Part shown: piece after piece, positions 1-9,870 of the stretch
How the letters are laid out: every line of letters begins with the position of its first letter
How positions within the stretch are numbered: position 1 is the stretch's first letter
IMG/VR virus record: IMGVR_UViG_3300045241_000217
Coordinates: 1-64,000 of that record
Reading direction: 5' to 3' (one strand)
Source: a virus
Length of the DNA stretch: 64,000 nt
The notes under the pieces: model-generated
The model's input: the letters and a program-made list of their open reading frames with translations, nothing else
What the model was told of the DNA's origin: nothing
Databases searched by the model: none
Made by a program: the position numbers and the translations under genes

Positions 1-285
1 TGCACGTGCACAGCGGTGGGTTCCCGTCCTTGCCGTCGCAGGGCACGTCTCGCGCTCCTCGGTGGTCTACCTCGGTGACCATCATCGGCCTGACCGATCG
101 AGCGAGGAGCGGGTCGCTCGGATAGAGCCCGTCTGGACCGGGTGGCCCTCCGGTGGTCAACCGCGCCTTCTCCCAGACGTCCACCGGGAGCCGTCGCAGC
201 GCAGAGAGCAGCCGCAACACCTCTGGACGCCTGCCAAGCGGGACCTCGTCGAGCACGGCTCGTGTGAGCCTCTCCAATTCGCTGC

Positions 286-720
286 TCACCGCTCACCTCG
301 TACCCGAGCGAGGATGCTCTTGAGGTTGAGCGGCTTGTCGGCGCCGACTGGGTGGTGCCCGTCGTTGTCGCCCGCCACGCACTCGTTCCAGAGGTCCACG
401 CCCGCCACGCGGAACAACGCGCCGAGCGGGTGCGGCTTCGGCGCTCCGCTCATCGCCTTGGCAAGCGGCAGCGCCCGCGTAGCGATGTCGCGCCGCACCG
501 CCTCCATCGCTCTCAGCACTTCCTCCTCGGTGTAGAGGGGAGCGGAAGGGGTGGGCTTCCATCCCAACTCCGACGCGACCTCGACGACCAAGCGCGCAGC
601 CTCGTGGTAGCGGGCTGGGTACGCACGCCCGATCGTGCGCTCCGCTGCGTCGGCGGACGCGGTCAGCGCTTCGAGGTAGCGGCACGCACTAGCGATGTCC
701 TGATCGCTGGGAGTGGTCAT
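286..720 (-). CDS. hypothetical phage protein
   Basis: ORF from ATG (MTTPSDQ); overlaps upstream stop, in register with the minus-strand gene block. Confidence 0.6.
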   Translation of the reverse strand: MTTPSDQDIASACRYLEALTASADAAERTIGRAYPARYHEAARLVVEVASELGWKPTPSAPLYTEEEVLRAMEAVRRDIATRALPLAKAMSGAPKPHPLGALFRVAGVDLWNECVAGDNDGHHPVGADKPLNLKSILARVRGER

Positions 721-1082
721 GTCGCGATGCCTCCCTTCACGAATCGGCATGAGACGGTCTCTGTGGTCACGCCGTCGAGGCTGAGCGTTTGCAGACCGAG
801 CCGCTTCGCCGCGCGCTCGTACGGCTTGCGCACGCGGAGGCGTTGCTCGTTCCACCAGTCCCATCCGTTGTCGCCATCGTCGAGGATCTTCGTGTCGTCG
901 ATCGGCGGCTCGGGGTGCTCCTCGTCGAACTCCGAGAGCGCATCGGCCATCTTCGTTGCCAGCGTGCGCAGTTCAAGCCTGCGGCGGTGGGCTTCGCGCT
1001 TCGTCCCACACGCGATGATGATTTCCTCGGTCGTCTCATAGAGGCCCACGGAGGCGATGACGAGCCACACGCGACGCATCAC
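717..1082 (-). CDS. hypothetical phage protein
   Basis: Protein-like composition; start/stop overlaps with both neighbours. Confidence 0.6.
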   Translation of the reverse strand: MMRRVWLVIASVGLYETTEEIIIACGTKREAHRRRLELRTLATKMADALSEFDEEHPEPPIDDTKILDDGDNGWDWWNEQRLRVRKPYERAAKRLGLQTLSLDGVTTETVSCRFVKGGIAT

Positions 1083-1990
1083 TCGCCTCCCTTCGTACCA
1101 TACTCACGCTCGATCCGGTCCGCGATAGCTTCCACCAACTCGCGACGCGACGCGCATGAGCTGCACCGACACATGAAGCCGTCCACAGGGGTTGCGTCCA
1201 CACCCACTGCGGCCAGGTCGCGGCCGTCCCGCAGCCCTCGCACGATCGACGCCACTACGGTTGAGGTGTCGGCGGGAGCGGGAGGAGGGCCGACCTTCGC
1301 GAACATGTCCGGCGCTGACGTTCCTTCGGCCGCATCGGCGTACACCTTCGCGAATCGAATCGCCCACCACTCGATCGGCGTGAACGGGCTCTTGTGCGTC
1401 TCGCTCGGAGCGGGAGTAGCGGGAGCGGTGGAGAGGGCCCGGATGCGAGCGGCGAGGTCGATGCAGACCAGGCGCTCGATCTCGTTGACGTGGCTCAGAG
1501 AGGCCACCATGTCGTCGATGCCCACGTCTCCCGATGGCGGCATCGCAAGCGCCTTGGTCGCCCTCGCCACTTCCGCGTCGCACACCTTCGCTGCATCTCG
1601 CAGCCCGCGCTCGTACGCCGCTGCCTCTACGCTCGGAGCTACCTGTGTGAGGGCTGGGCGTGGGTGGGTGGCGTCTACAGCGGCGATGATGCTCTCGACC
1701 TCGTTGGCCACCGTCTCGGACGCGAAGTCGGCCCGCACGCCATCGGGGTCCGCGTACCAGCCGCCGCGCTGGCCTTCGTGCATGCGGCCCTCGACGAACG
1801 CGGCCCGCACCAGAGCCCGCTCTCTCTCCACCATGGTTGATGGTGCTGGGTCTGCGTACTCGTGCATCGGCGAGCGGCGGATGATCTCGCGGATGTGCTC
1901 CCGTTCGAGCGAGTGCGGCTGCGCGTCGAGCCACGCGAGGTTCTCGTCGATCATCGCCTCGTAGGCCGCGCGCGTGAGCTTGCTCGTCAT
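1079..1990 (-). CDS. hypothetical phage protein
   Basis: ATG MTSKLT preceded by AAGGAG; part of ORF 1079..2113. Confidence 0.65.
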   Translation of the reverse strand: MTSKLTRAAYEAMIDENLAWLDAQPHSLEREHIREIIRRSPMHEYADPAPSTMVERERALVRAAFVEGRMHEGQRGGWYADPDGVRADFASETVANEVESIIAAVDATHPRPALTQVAPSVEAAAYERGLRDAAKVCDAEVARATKALAMPPSGDVGIDDMVASLSHVNEIERLVCIDLAARIRALSTAPATPAPSETHKSPFTPIEWWAIRFAKVYADAAEGTSAPDMFAKVGPPPAPADTSTVVASIVRGLRDGRDLAAVGVDATPVDGFMCRCSSCASRRELVEAIADRIEREYGTKGGE

Positions 1991-2189
1991 TGCGTCTCCT
2001 TCGTAGCGTCGCGTTTGCGAGCGGCTCGACGTTGGGCGGCTTGCTCCTCCGGCGGCGTGGCCGAGTGCGGATAGAGCAGGCCGGTGATGCCCACCTTGAC
2101 GCGCTTGCCGCATCCCTCGCAGGTGACGGTGTAGTGGTTCTCCCAGGTGGCCGCTCGTGGCGTCGGCATCGTGACAGGGCAGCGGTTCT

Positions 2190-2579
2190 TCACTTCGCCG
2201 TCTCCTTCGATGCGTCTAGGGCGGTGAGAGCGTTGAGCAGCGCGCGTTCGGCGTGGCCTCGCGGCGTCAGGTAGAACCGCTCGTCCTCCGTCCACGTGCA
2301 GTCGTTGTAGTCATCGCTCGGTGGGCAGATACGGAACGGTCGCGCCGCCTCTGCCACCGCTTCCAGTGCGCGAAGGCGAGCGAGTAGAGCGGGGAGAGCG
2401 CTGCGCATGGCAATGATGCACGCGACGTCGTTCTTGCCTGCGCCGTCCATCGTCACGACGCCACCGCCGCTGACTGTGATGACGTGTCCGTGCTTCGTAG
2501 CGGCCCACGGTCCCGGCGTCGCCGCCTCCATCAGCCGCTCTAGGTCCGCGATGCGCTCGGGCCAGGTCCTTGTGCTCAC
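2190..2579 (-). CDS. Ead/Ea22-like phage protein
   Basis: LMEAATPGPW ... IIAMRSALPALLARL pattern typical of this phage family; preceded by hairpin+AGGA leader. Confidence 0.5.
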   Translation of the reverse strand: MSTRTWPERIADLERLMEAATPGPWAATKHGHVITVSGGGVVTMDGAGKNDVACIIAMRSALPALLARLRALEAVAEAARPFRICPPSDDYNDCTWTEDERFYLTPRGHAERALLNALTALDASKETAK

Positions 2580-2649
2580 TGGATCCTCTTCCTGCCGGCT
2601 CGGTGCCGACCCTCGTGTGATGCCACGAGAGCGTGAGCGGTCAAGGTGG

Positions 2650-2970
2650 TCATCGCGGCTCGAGCAGCGCCGCGATCTGCCACGGCCGAGGCGTGCGCCG
2701 CTTGCCCGTCTCGTCGTCGTCCATGTCCGTCGCGCGCTGGGGGGCGGGCTCCACGAGCTCGACGCTGATCCCCTCATCGTCGGGCCGGCTCACGATGCAC
2801 AGCATCCCGGGCTCGCGGAGCTGGAAGTCGATCTGCTTCACGCCGTCCACGAGGACCTGGACGCGGATGCGCTTGGCGTTGTCGAGCAGGTCCCCGCTGA
2901 TCGTGTAGTCGCGGCGGGAGAAGTGATCGGGCTCCCACTTCTCTTCCGGCTGCTGCTTGTCGTTCGCCAT
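2650..2970 (-). CDS. hypothetical protein
   Basis: MANDKQQP... portion of ORF 2650..3570. Confidence 0.55.
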   Translation of the reverse strand: MANDKQQPEEKWEPDHFSRRDYTISGDLLDNAKRIRVQVLVDGVKQIDFQLREPGMLCIVSRPDDEGISVELVEPAPQRATDMDDDETGKRRTPRPWQIAALLEPR

Positions 2971-2972
2971 GG

Positions 2973-4271
2973 CTACCGTTCGCTCCTGTCGCTGAGCGCG
3001 TCTTCGATGCGTTGGATCTTCTCTTCGGCGAGGCGGGCGCGCTGGAGGAGCGAGCCGCGGTCCTCGCGGACGCGCATGAGCTCGCTGGTCACCTCGCGCA
3101 CCCTGTTGTCCTGCTCGGCCTGCGCGGCTCCGACATCGGCTTCGAGTACGCGCACGCGTGAGCGGAGCTTCTCGACCTCGGCGCGCCACCACGCGAGATC
3201 GGGAACGCGCTGGCCCGCTTCGTCTCGCGAGTCGCGGTCGCGGTTCTTCAGCATCCGCAAGTCCCACTCCCGCTTCAGCGTGCCGTACACGTCCGCGAGG
3301 AACGGGCTCCGCTCCATGTCGGCGAGGAACGTTGGGCCATCGTTCGGGGCCAAGAGCTCCGGCGTGAATGGCTGGTTGTCGCGGATTGCTCGGCCGAGCA
3401 CGTGAGCGAAGGACTCCATCCAAGGCGCTACGTTCAGGTCGCCTTCGGTGCGCCCTTCGATCCACGGGCCCTTCGGTGACTCGGCGATCACGTGGTTGCA
3501 GGAGGTGCAGACCGTCGCGAGGGCGGGCTGCCCCACCACGCCGCGCACCTTCGTCGTCGGGTGAGCGCACCGCGGCTCTGATGCGAGGACCGCTCGGTCG
3601 CTCAGGCTCGCTTGGTACACCACCGACTCGGCGGGGAGCGTGGGCTCGGAGCGTGCGAGGTGGACGCAGCGGAAGGCGTGCTCGCGGGGAGTGAACGCGC
3701 GAAGCGACTCGACGCGACTGGGCTCGGGGGCAGGGCCGTGCTCACCGAGATCGGCTGCGACGATCGCCGCGACCACGCGCTGCGCGGACTGCGTTCGCTG
3801 CGCGAGCTCCTCGTCGGTCTCCCACGACCCGTTCTCGTGACGCATGCGCTCCAGGGGCTCCGATGTCTCCCGCGGCCGGGCGTCGTCGTACGCGGCTTGC
3901 TGGCGCTTCGTGCTCTCGGCCTTCTTCACCGAGTCGAGGAGTGCGGCGAAGAACGCGGTGCCCGGCGAGGCCGACTCGAGCTTCTGGATCCACGCCTCGA
4001 TGGCTTGGACGCGTTCGGCGAGGAGCACGTCGGGCTCGGCTCGCGCTGCGTCATGCCGAGGGCGCTTCGTCCAGTCCGTGGCCTCGTCGAACGCCAGCGG
4101 CTCGAACGCGGGGTCCGAGGTGTGTCTGGAGTGCTTGCGCGCGTACGCATCGAGCATGCGGCCACGAAGATCCACGTCCGACTCGCCAGGGCGTCGTGCT
4201 TCGAACGGCAGGAACATGTCGAGCAGGCGCTTCACCAGCGCGTCGAGTCCCTTCCCGCTCGCGGTGTGCAC
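2973..4271 (-). CDS. hypothetical protein with C-terminal coiled coil
   Basis: Long ORF with coiled-coil C-terminus; start uncertain because it overlaps ORF 4051..4497. Confidence 0.55.
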   Translation of the reverse strand: MHTASGKGLDALVKRLLDMFLPFEARRPGESDVDLRGRMLDAYARKHSRHTSDPAFEPLAFDEATDWTKRPRHDAARAEPDVLLAERVQAIEAWIQKLESASPGTAFFAALLDSVKKAESTKRQQAAYDDARPRETSEPLERMRHENGSWETDEELAQRTQSAQRVVAAIVAADLGEHGPAPEPSRVESLRAFTPREHAFRCVHLARSEPTLPAESVVYQASLSDRAVLASEPRCAHPTTKVRGVVGQPALATVCTSCNHVIAESPKGPWIEGRTEGDLNVAPWMESFAHVLGRAIRDNQPFTPELLAPNDGPTFLADMERSPFLADVYGTLKREWDLRMLKNRDRDSRDEAGQRVPDLAWWRAEVEKLRSRVRVLEADVGAAQAEQDNRVREVTSELMRVREDRGSLLQRARLAEEKIQRIEDALSDRSER

Positions 4272-5166
4272 GTTGGAACTGCGCTGCGTCGTGGGAGGCT
4301 CGCGCGTCGTTCTCGCGCATGAGGCGCTCCATGTAGGGATCCACTTCGCGCGTGACGCTCAGCGCGTTGCCCATGCGGATGGTCACCTTCCCGTTCGATT
4401 CGACGTCCCAGTTGCACTGCCCGGGGCGCCACTCGGCCACCGTTCCCTTGTCGTCGGCGATCGTGACCACCAGCGGGCCCATCGTTCTGCTCGTCATCGG
4501 ATCCTCTTTCCTGCCCGCACGAGCGGGCGTGAGCGAGTCGTAGCGCGGTCAGCGCTCGGTGCCAACGAGGAGAGCGAAGCCGAAGAGCGCTGTGTCCGTG
4601 ACGCCCGTCTTCGCGTAGAGCTTCTCGCCCAGGAAGTGCTTGGCTCGGCAGCGCTCGCACGTGACCCGTCGCAGGCTCCTCGTGCTCTCGCCCAGCACGC
4701 TCGGGAACTCGCCAGGCGGTTCCTCGGTGCACTGCGGTCGCCAATCGCCCAGCGCGTCGAGCACGAGCAGGTGGATCACGGGCGCTCGCAGATCCACGCG
4801 TCGGTGGGCGAGGCGCTGTGCACGTAGATGACGCGGCCTCCCGACTCGGTGCAGTGCGTGCGCTGCTGGGCGTTTACTGCGCACCGGAACGCGACACCGG
4901 TGGCAGCGACGGCGAGCATGAGGATGATGAACGCCTCGATCGACCCGACGCGGATGTGCACCTTCATGCGGTCCTCGTTCGTAACGGGCAGTCCTCGCGC
5001 TCTTCGCCGTTCTTCACGTAGAGCGGTCCGCCCGTTCGCGTTGGGTGCTCGCACGCTGGCGGGTGCTTCGTGGCGATGGTCCCGTCGGTCTCCGTGAAGC
5101 CAACGCGGTAGTACTTGCACGACACGGCGCACCGCGGGTGCATGTGGAGTTCCACGACGTGCGCGT

Positions 5167-5448
5167 TCACTGGTTCGGCCACGGGAAGCCTCCATCATCG
5201 TCGTCCGTGAGCACCGCTGCCTCTCGGGGTGGCGCCTTGGGCTTGGCGCTCACGCGCACGAAGACGAGCCCTACCTCGTTGTCGGCGAGCTGCACGCACC
5301 CCGCGAGGAGCAGCCCATCCGCGTGGAGTTCGTTCGCCTTGTCGAGCATGCCCTTGAACTGCTTCTTGCTCATCCCGCCCGGCGTGCTGTCCACGATCAG
5401 TCCGCGGATCGGTCGGTCTTCCTTCTTCGCTTCGTCAGACGAGGCCAT
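5167..5448 (-). CDS. hypothetical protein
   Basis: ATG with GGAG RBS, protein-like composition. Confidence 0.55.
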   Translation of the reverse strand: MASSDEAKKEDRPIRGLIVDSTPGGMSKKQFKGMLDKANELHADGLLLAGCVQLADNEVGLVFVRVSAKPKAPPREAAVLTDDDDGGFPWPNQ

Positions 5449-6202
5449 CGTCGTCTCCCTTCTCGGCGGCGTCAGCCTCCGCCTGTTTCTTCTGTCGGTG
5501 CGCGAGGAGTGCCTTCGCGATGATCATCGCATCCTCGTCTGACGGCTCAGCCTCCACGTCGGCGCCGGCCTCGGTGGTGCTCGTGACCGAGGCCTCGACG
5601 ATCGGCGCTTCGTTCTTCGCGTCCTCCTCGACGAGCTTCTCGCTGAACGCCTTCGGGTAGAGCTTGCCCAGCATCCATGCCGGGCCGTGCACGCTGCGCC
5701 CGTCCTTCTCCGCGGCCTCGAGCCTCGCGAGCCAGATCTCGGAGCCCTCTGCGCGCGCTTGGGCAATGGCGGTAGCCACGTCGGGGCGTCGGTACATCGC
5801 GGCCTTGAACGTCTCGTAGTTCACGCCGACGAGATCGGTCGCGAGCCGGATCGGGCGGCCCTTCTTGACCGTCTCGCAGATCGCGTCGAGCACGCCCGGG
5901 TCGTCGTAGTGCACGTAGCCCGTGAGCCTCGCGGGCGGGAGCGGCACCAGCGTGGTCGTGCCAGCCGCTTCTTCCTCGCGCGCGTGCGCAGGTACGCGCG
6001 GAGAGGACGGCGCAGGGAGGAGGGACAGGCTTTTGCTGCCACTCGCTCCGCTCGGCGCTCCGCCTTTGGCTCCCGAGTCCTTCGCTCGGCTGCTCGGACG
6101 TGGCTTCGTTGTAGGCCCGTTGCGCGCTTGCGCTCCGGAGCCGGCCCCCTCCGTGAGGGCTCCTCCCTGTGTGGGCTTGGCCACCTTCAAGGTGTACCAC
6201 AT
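5435..6202 (-). CDS. terminase small subunit-like HTH protein
   Basis: LDAICETVKKGRPIRLATDLVGV HTH, helical region, then AWMLGKLYPKAF; pattern resembles phage TerS-like proteins. Confidence 0.5.
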   Translation of the reverse strand: MWYTLKVAKPTQGGALTEGAGSGAQARNGPTTKPRPSSRAKDSGAKGGAPSGASGSKSLSLLPAPSSPRVPAHAREEEAAGTTTLVPLPPARLTGYVHYDDPGVLDAICETVKKGRPIRLATDLVGVNYETFKAAMYRRPDVATAIAQARAEGSEIWLARLEAAEKDGRSVHGPAWMLGKLYPKAFSEKLVEEDAKNEAPIVEASVTSTTEAGADVEAEPSDEDAMIIAKALLAHRQKKQAEADAAEKGDDDGLV

Positions 6203-6694
6203 GCGATGCGCTTGGTGCGCGGGCGGAGGTTGTGGGTCGTTCGGTAGGCGTCTTCGGCTGCTTCGAGTTCGGCGATGGCCTCGGGCTCGTCGGTGTCGCC
6301 CTTGTGGAGTTGAGTGAGGATGTCAGCGAGCTCGGCTTGGTCCTGGGCGATGCGCTTCCGTAGGAGGTTGGTGCGTTCGATGGCCTCGCTCTTTCGGCGA
6401 AGGAAACCGCGTAGGACGGCTGCGGCGCGGTTGTAGCGGGCTTTCGCCTCGGCGCGGGCGGCGATGTCTTCCTCGGGGGTCATCGTTCTCGATCCGGTGC
6501 GAGGGATTCGATGGCTGCCTCGACAGTGCGGCGCGCGGTGCGAACCCGCTCGATCTCGGTCTCCCACACGAGGGGGAGCACCTCCATGCACGAGGCGCAG
6601 ACGTAGCCCAGACCCTCGACCTTCGTGGTGTCCGTGCAGCGGGGCTCCTCGCAGCCTACGCAGCGCTGGGGGCGTTCCTTTGAGCGATCGGCGC

Positions 6695-7132
6695 TCATCG
6701 GGTGATGGTGACGCTGGTGCGCTGACCCGAGGGGGCGACCATCGTGATCAGGGTGGTGCGCTCGTGGGGCGTGAACGTCCATCGGCCGGTGGCGGCATCC
6801 AGGACCTCGACCGATGCGCTGGGGTGTTCTCGGCGCGCTACGACCGCCTGAGCCTCGTTCTCGACGAGGATGAGCGTTGCGTGCGTCGGGGGAGCGGCGG
6901 CTCCTGGGGCGGGCAGGATGCGCAGGGAGCGGCTGAGGAGGCGCTCGCGCGTGATGTACCCCTTTCGGGTCAGGGCTCGGAGGTGGTCGCCGATGCCGTT
7001 CATGCTCGCGACGCCCAGAGCCTTGCCCATGTCGCGCATCGAGGGCGGAAATCCTCGCTCGGCCGTGAAGCGCTCGATCATCGCGAGGAGCTCTCGCTGG
7101 CGTGGGGAGAGCGGTGGGCGGGGGTCGGTCAC
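6695..7132 (-). CDS. LexA-type DNA-binding domain protein (no peptidase domain)
   Basis: LSPRQRELL..I..F..ERGFPPSMRDMGKALGVAS.NG..DHLRAL.RKGYI matches the LexA N-terminal wHTH; C-terminus too short for the S24 peptidase. Confidence 0.8.
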   Translation of the reverse strand: MTDPRPPLSPRQRELLAMIERFTAERGFPPSMRDMGKALGVASMNGIGDHLRALTRKGYITRERLLSRSLRILPAPGAAAPPTHATLILVENEAQAVVARREHPSASVEVLDAATGRWTFTPHERTTLITMVAPSGQRTSVTITR

Positions 7133-7866
7133 TTGCGGGTGCCCACGAAGCGGAAGGGCGTGCCGCCGCTGGTGAGGGTCAGGATCCCGACGAGGGCGCC
7201 TTCACGCACTGGCTCGGGTGCCACCGCTGGCGGCCATGGCCTGCTCGGGTGCGAGGCGCTGGTCAGATCGGTGGCGAATCGGTGCCACGCTCGCCGATCG
7301 ACGGTGACCTCCAGTAGCTCACCACCCTCTTCTCGGATGGCCTCGGCGAGAGCCCGGAGCGCTTCCTCGACCTTGCTGCTCATTGGTCCCCCGGCGTGTA
7401 GCCCATGAGATCCTCGTGCGCGACATGGCTTCGCGCGGTGGCATCGCGTGCACACGATGCCGCCCGGGATCGGGATGTGGTGACAGGTCATCGGCAGAGC
7501 CGCACGTTCTCGCGCAGAGCGCGCTTGCTCGAATGCTGGAACGTGAGGCAGAGCGAGCAGACCTTGCGGCCGCACCAGAGGCACGTGGTTCGTCGCGAGC
7601 ACCGCGCGTCGCAGGCCTCGCAGAGCGGCCGCTGGTCGAGCTTGGGCTTCGTCACAGCAGCCGCACGCACCAAAGCTCGATCGTCGTGATGCGCGAGACG
7701 TGATCGTGCACCCCGTACCGAACGCGCGCGACGCGGTAGTGACGCTGCGGGGTGCTGGACGAGCTACCGAAGCACGTGACCTCCTCGCCCACGTGAGGAC
7801 AGACGTCGGCGAAGAAGTTCTCGCAGGCATCCTGCTCGCCGTCCGCGTAGATCACGACGGACATCG

Positions 7867-8478
7867 TCACAGCGCGCGCCGTCCCTGCATCGCGCGATCG
7901 ATGGTGATGGGATCTGCGAACTCGAGCTCGTGACCGAAGGACATGCCGGTCGCGATGCGCGTGATGCGCACCTGCTCGCCCTCGGTGCCCTCCGGCTGCC
8001 AGCGGAGTCCCTGCGCCACGTACTGAGCGGTCGCCTCGCCGTCCACAGACGTCGGGAGTGCGAGGATCACCTCTCGCGTCTGCTCGTGGTGCACCCGCGC
8101 GCGCAGTCCCGCGACGTCGATCCGCTCGGGGCCCCACCCGTCGAGCGGCGCGAGAAGAGCGTGGAGCACGTGGTAGCGACCTCGGAACCCGCCGCGCTCG
8201 ATGGCCTCGAGATCGGGGACGCGAGCTACAACGCACAGCGTGTGCGGGTCGCGCTTGGGGTCTCCGCAGATCCGACAGTTGTCACCGTCGATCGCGTAGC
8301 CACGGCAGATCGAACATCGGGTCACGCGGTGGTGCAGATCGCTCAGCGCCGCGCCGATCTCGTTCGAGAGGTCCGGCGCTTCGCCGAGGAGGTGGTGCAC
8401 GTATCTGTGAGCTGTTCGATCTCCGACACCAGGGAGGCGAGCGAGGAGCGTGCACAGTTCGGTGATGGGGTCGCTCAC
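7867..8478 (-). CDS. recR: recombination mediator RecR
   Basis: HhH LARLPGVGDRTA, C4 zinc finger CSIC...CRIC, Toprim LCVV...DLEAIE...YHVL...PLDG.GPE, EVILA...DGEATA, RITRIA.G...G.ELEFAD. Confidence 0.93.
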   Translation of the reverse strand: MSDPITELCTLLARLPGVGDRTAHRYVHHLLGEAPDLSNEIGAALSDLHHRVTRCSICRGYAIDGDNCRICGDPKRDPHTLCVVARVPDLEAIERGGFRGRYHVLHALLAPLDGWGPERIDVAGLRARVHHEQTREVILALPTSVDGEATAQYVAQGLRWQPEGTEGEQVRITRIATGMSFGHELEFADPITIDRAMQGRRAL

Positions 8479-9131
8479 GGCGCCTTGCCGTTCAGGAGCG
8501 TGACCACCGCGTAGAGAGCCACGATCGTCGCAGCCGTTGCCGAGGCCACAGCGAGCCCGACGTGCCCACCCGCGTCGGCCAGCGCGCCTGCGCCGCCTAC
8601 CAGTAGGACCACGAGCACGAGGAGGAATCGGGGAGGCGTGAACAGATCTCGCATCGGGCACTCCTTCGCCGCTGGCGGCTTCATCGAATCTCGGAACGGG
8701 CTCACGGTCTCTCCGGTGCGGTGGCTACGGCGAGCGCGACGGTGAACGAGAGCACGATCGCCCACCAAGCCTCGCCACGTACGAGCGCGACGATGGCGGT
8801 CATGGTTCCGCATCCGGCCACGAAATGAGTCGCTGCGTTCACACCGCGCCTCGCAGCGGACACCACGCCGCGGGCTCGGTGACGATCCGGTCCTCGACGC
8901 TCGGGCGCGTGGTGATGATCTCGGGGTGCCTGCACACGACACCCGCTCGCGAGCCCACAGCGGCGTGGCGGCAGGCGTTCTCGCACTCGGTGATGATGGG
9001 CAGCGTCTTGAGCACGCCGATCGCCTCGTTGCTCGCGTCGCACGTCTCGCACCCCACCTCGGCGTGACGCTTCGGTGGGCACTGGCCTCGACGAAGAGCG
9101 CGCTCCGCCATCGCGATGGCGTCGGCGGGCG

Positions 9132-9695
9132 TCACGCTTCCCACCAAGTCTCAAGCGGCGTTGTGTAGGCGATGCGGCTCGGGTGGCGCGGGGAACCGTC
9201 CTTCGTTCGGCCGAGGCAGTACACGCGCTCCACGCACGCGATGCGCAGAAGGTTCTGGAATTCCATCACCTGCGTCGGCGACACGCCGCTACCCCACGCA
9301 GCGATCACGAGAGAGCCGTGCGCATCCTTCGCGAGCCGCAGCGCGTCGAGGATCGCTTCCTCGTTGCGCGGGCCCATCGCGTCGAGGGCGGGCATGGCAC
9401 GCATGACCTCCGAGTCGGTCTCGATGATCGCGTTGAGGTTCACAACGTCCACGAGCCCGAACGGGCGGAAGCACGTGAAGCCTCGGTTCGCGAAGCCCAC
9501 GCACTTCGTGATCGTCATATCGTTCTGGGTCGCACCGGCCTTGCTCGGGTTCAGGCCGCAGAAGAGCACGCGGCGATCGTTGAACCGGAGCGACCTCCAT
9601 AGCCGATACCGGTACCGACGATCCTTCGAGAACGCTGCCCCGTCCACGCCGCGCGCATCGTACTCCCACGAAAGATCCGCTTCGCCATCGATCAC
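9132..9695 (-). CDS. DUF1643 family protein
   Basis: FS.DRRYRYRLWR, GLNPSKA...ND.TI.KC.GFA, AAWG, LGRTKDGSPRHP motifs. Confidence 0.85.
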   Translation of the reverse strand: MIDGEADLSWEYDARGVDGAAFSKDRRYRYRLWRSLRFNDRRVLFCGLNPSKAGATQNDMTITKCVGFANRGFTCFRPFGLVDVVNLNAIIETDSEVMRAMPALDAMGPRNEEAILDALRLAKDAHGSLVIAAWGSGVSPTQVMEFQNLLRIACVERVYCLGRTKDGSPRHPSRIAYTTPLETWWEA

Positions 9696-9870
9696 GCTGG
9701 CCTCGCGATCACTTCCACGCGCATCGGCACCTGCGGCGAGGGCTGCTGGTGCTCGACGATCTTCGCAACGCATCGCCACACGCACGGAGCGCAGATCACG
9801 CCGGGGAACGCGTGCTTGGGCTCGCTCACGATGGTGAGCGGCTTCTCCTCACCACAGAAGTCGCAGCGCT

